DNA of 36,882 nt from an uncultured Syntrophomonadaceae bacterium (lineage in GTDB: Bacteria; Bacillota; Dethiobacteria; DTU022). The translations under genes were made by a program, and so were the position numbers. The notes below the pieces were generated by a model. The model ran no database searches. It was not told the DNA's origin and saw only the letters and a program-made list of their open reading frames with translations. The DNA lies in assembly GCA_964456945.1 (NCBI GenBank), contig CAYWDA010000007.1, positions 1-36,882 of the forward strand, written 5' to 3'. Below, piece after piece: positions 35,836 to 36,882 of the stretch (positions are counted from its first letter, which is position 1; every line of letters starts with the position of its first letter).

Positions 35836-36816
35836 ATGGATCTGGAACAATTACGCAAAACCGCGGCAGAGGTAGTGGCTCGTGATGATGTTAAGTACCT
35901 GATCGGTTGGAAACAAGGTACTTATGGCTACCGGGTCGCGCCGAGTTTTGTTGAAGATGCCGCCGGCGCTGCAGAGCTGATCTTTTCACCCCTCTGCACC
36001 GCCAACCTGGCCACCTATCTGACCCTGGTGGAAAAACCGCCGGTGCCACGTGGGCAGGAAGCTGACAGCCGCAAAGTCGCTCTTTTGGTTAAAGGGTGTG
36101 ACAGTCGGGCTGTAACCCAGTTGATTGTTGAAAAAGGTATTCACCGTGACCAGGTTGTTATTATCGGCTGCCCCTGCCCGGGGATGGTTGATCCTGCCCT
36201 GCTCGCAGAAAAGTATCCGGAAAGCGAAGCTGCCGCAGAAGTAGCATGGAACGGTGACGGTTTTACCATAATTAAAAGTGGCGAAGAAGTTAAAGTGGCC
36301 AGGGAAGAACTGCTGGCAGAAAAATGCCGTCTTTGCCGTTACCCCAATCCGGTAATCAGTGATATTATGCTTGGCGAAGCAGTTGAACCCTGGGAAACAT
36401 CCGAAGATAGCGGCGTGGCCGAGCTTGAAGCTAAGGATGTTGACGGCCGCGCAGCTTACTGGGAGGAGCAGTTTGCAAAGTGTGTGCGCTGTTATAGTTG
36501 TCGTAACGTTTGCCCTCTCTGCTACTGCCAGGACTGCATTCTTGATCGCCTTAACCCGACATGGGTAAATCGAGCAGTCAACTTTTCCGAGAATACAGCT
36601 TTTAATATTGCCCGGGCTTTTCACCTGGCCGGACGTTGTATAGAGTGCGGTGAGTGTGAGCGGGTTTGCCCGGCCAATATTCCCCTGGGTAAGTTAAATC
36701 GCAAACTGGCCCGGGAAGTGCGGGATAAATACGGTTTCGAACCGGGAGTAGATCCCGAGGGCGAGCCGTTCCAGGCCAGCTTTAAGCCTGATGATCCCGA
36801 GGACTTCATACTGTAG
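35836..36816 (+). CDS. Iron-sulfur protein, FlxC / sulfhydrogenase-beta (HydB)-like
   Basis: Cys clusters are GCPCPG, CRLCRYPNP, CVRCYSCRNVCPLCYC and CIECGECERVCP. It sits directly after the mvhD-like gene, as in flx-hdr loci. The family assignment rests on context and Cys pattern only. Confidence 0.5.
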   Translation: MDLEQLRKTAAEVVARDDVKYLIGWKQGTYGYRVAPSFVEDAAGAAELIFSPLCTANLATYLTLVEKPPVPRGQEADSRKVALLVKGCDSRAVTQLIVEKGIHRDQVVIIGCPCPGMVDPALLAEKYPESEAAAEVAWNGDGFTIIKSGEEVKVAREELLAEKCRLCRYPNPVISDIMLGEAVEPWETSEDSGVAELEAKDVDGRAAYWEEQFAKCVRCYSCRNVCPLCYCQDCILDRLNPTWVNRAVNFSENTAFNIARAFHLAGRCIECGECERVCPANIPLGKLNRKLAREVRDKYGFEPGVDPEGEPFQASFKPDDPEDFIL

Positions 36817-36827
36817 AGGTGGGTGAT

Positions 36828-36882
36828 ATGTCAGCGATGCTTTTAAACAAAGAAAAGTGGCCTGATTTTGTCGGAAAGTTGG
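36828..36882 (+). CDS. 5' end of a further gene of the cluster (possibly FlxB/AsrA-like), truncated by the window edge
   Basis: ATG 36828 lies after SD GAGGTGGGTG. Only 18 codons are visible (MSAMLLNKEKWPDFVGKL). Identity is inferred from position only. Confidence 0.3.
   Translation, partial: MSAMLLNKEKWPDFVGKL

Noticed and set aside
35986-36624. A 212-aa minus-strand ORF, the longest unassigned ORF in the track.
   Set aside because: It lies entirely antisense to the FlxC-like gene, whose Cys-cluster motifs are clearly real. It has no SD and no recognisable motif, and its composition is typical of a shadow ORF.
1-36882. A scan for CRISPR arrays, IS elements or transposases, integrases, prophage genes, toxin-antitoxin pairs and long direct or inverted repeats.
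   Set aside because: None were recognised. Every ORF longer than about 170 aa is accounted for by a chromosomal metabolic or housekeeping family, and no repeated spacer-like periodicity was seen by eye. Short dispersed repeats cannot be excluded without computation.

Overview
This is a dense chromosomal segment, almost entirely on the plus strand. By gene content and order it looks like a strictly anaerobic Firmicute (Clostridia-like): holA next to a divergent rpsT, gatCAB, selenocysteine machinery, and Hdr/Etf/Flx redox genes. I saw no rRNA, tRNA, CRISPR array, transposase or integrase. In order, the window holds trkA-trkH, holA, a C_GCAxxG_C_C protein, a membrane-anchored transglutaminase/CAP protein and rpsT (minus strand). 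Next come nnr, an orphan acyl-CoA dehydrogenase, hom, alr and a convergent geranylgeranyl-reductase-family flavoprotein (minus strand). These are followed by gatCAB behind a structured leader, purA, a small membrane protein and a GH36-like glycosidase. Then come an SbcD-like phosphoesterase with a membrane-anchored SbcC/Rad50-like ATPase, an MBL-fold hydrolase and a flavin reductase. The window ends with selA-selB-selD and a tightly packed redox cluster: HdrD/GlcF-like CCG protein, EtfB, EtfA, HdrA, MvhD/FlxD, a FlxC-like FeS protein and the start of a further gene, cut by the window edge. Three items deserve the most attention. (1) selD is itself a selenoprotein gene. Its true start is ATG 29072, with an in-frame UGA at 29120-29122 aligned to the catalytic Cys17 of E. 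coli SelD and followed by hairpins that could act as a SECIS. The ORF track misses this and starts at 29168. (2) The HdrD-like/EtfBA/HdrA/MvhD/Flx cluster combines modules from three different flavin-based electron-bifurcation systems with no adjacent substrate dehydrogenase. It is my best candidate for an undescribed system. (3) gatCAB sits behind a good promoter, a roughly 165-nt leader with mutually exclusive hairpins and a strong intrinsic terminator, and I could not fit this leader to a T-box. The SbcC-like ATPase is also unusual because a two-helix membrane hairpin sits where a zinc hook would normally be. All functional calls come from reading motifs by eye; no database search was run.
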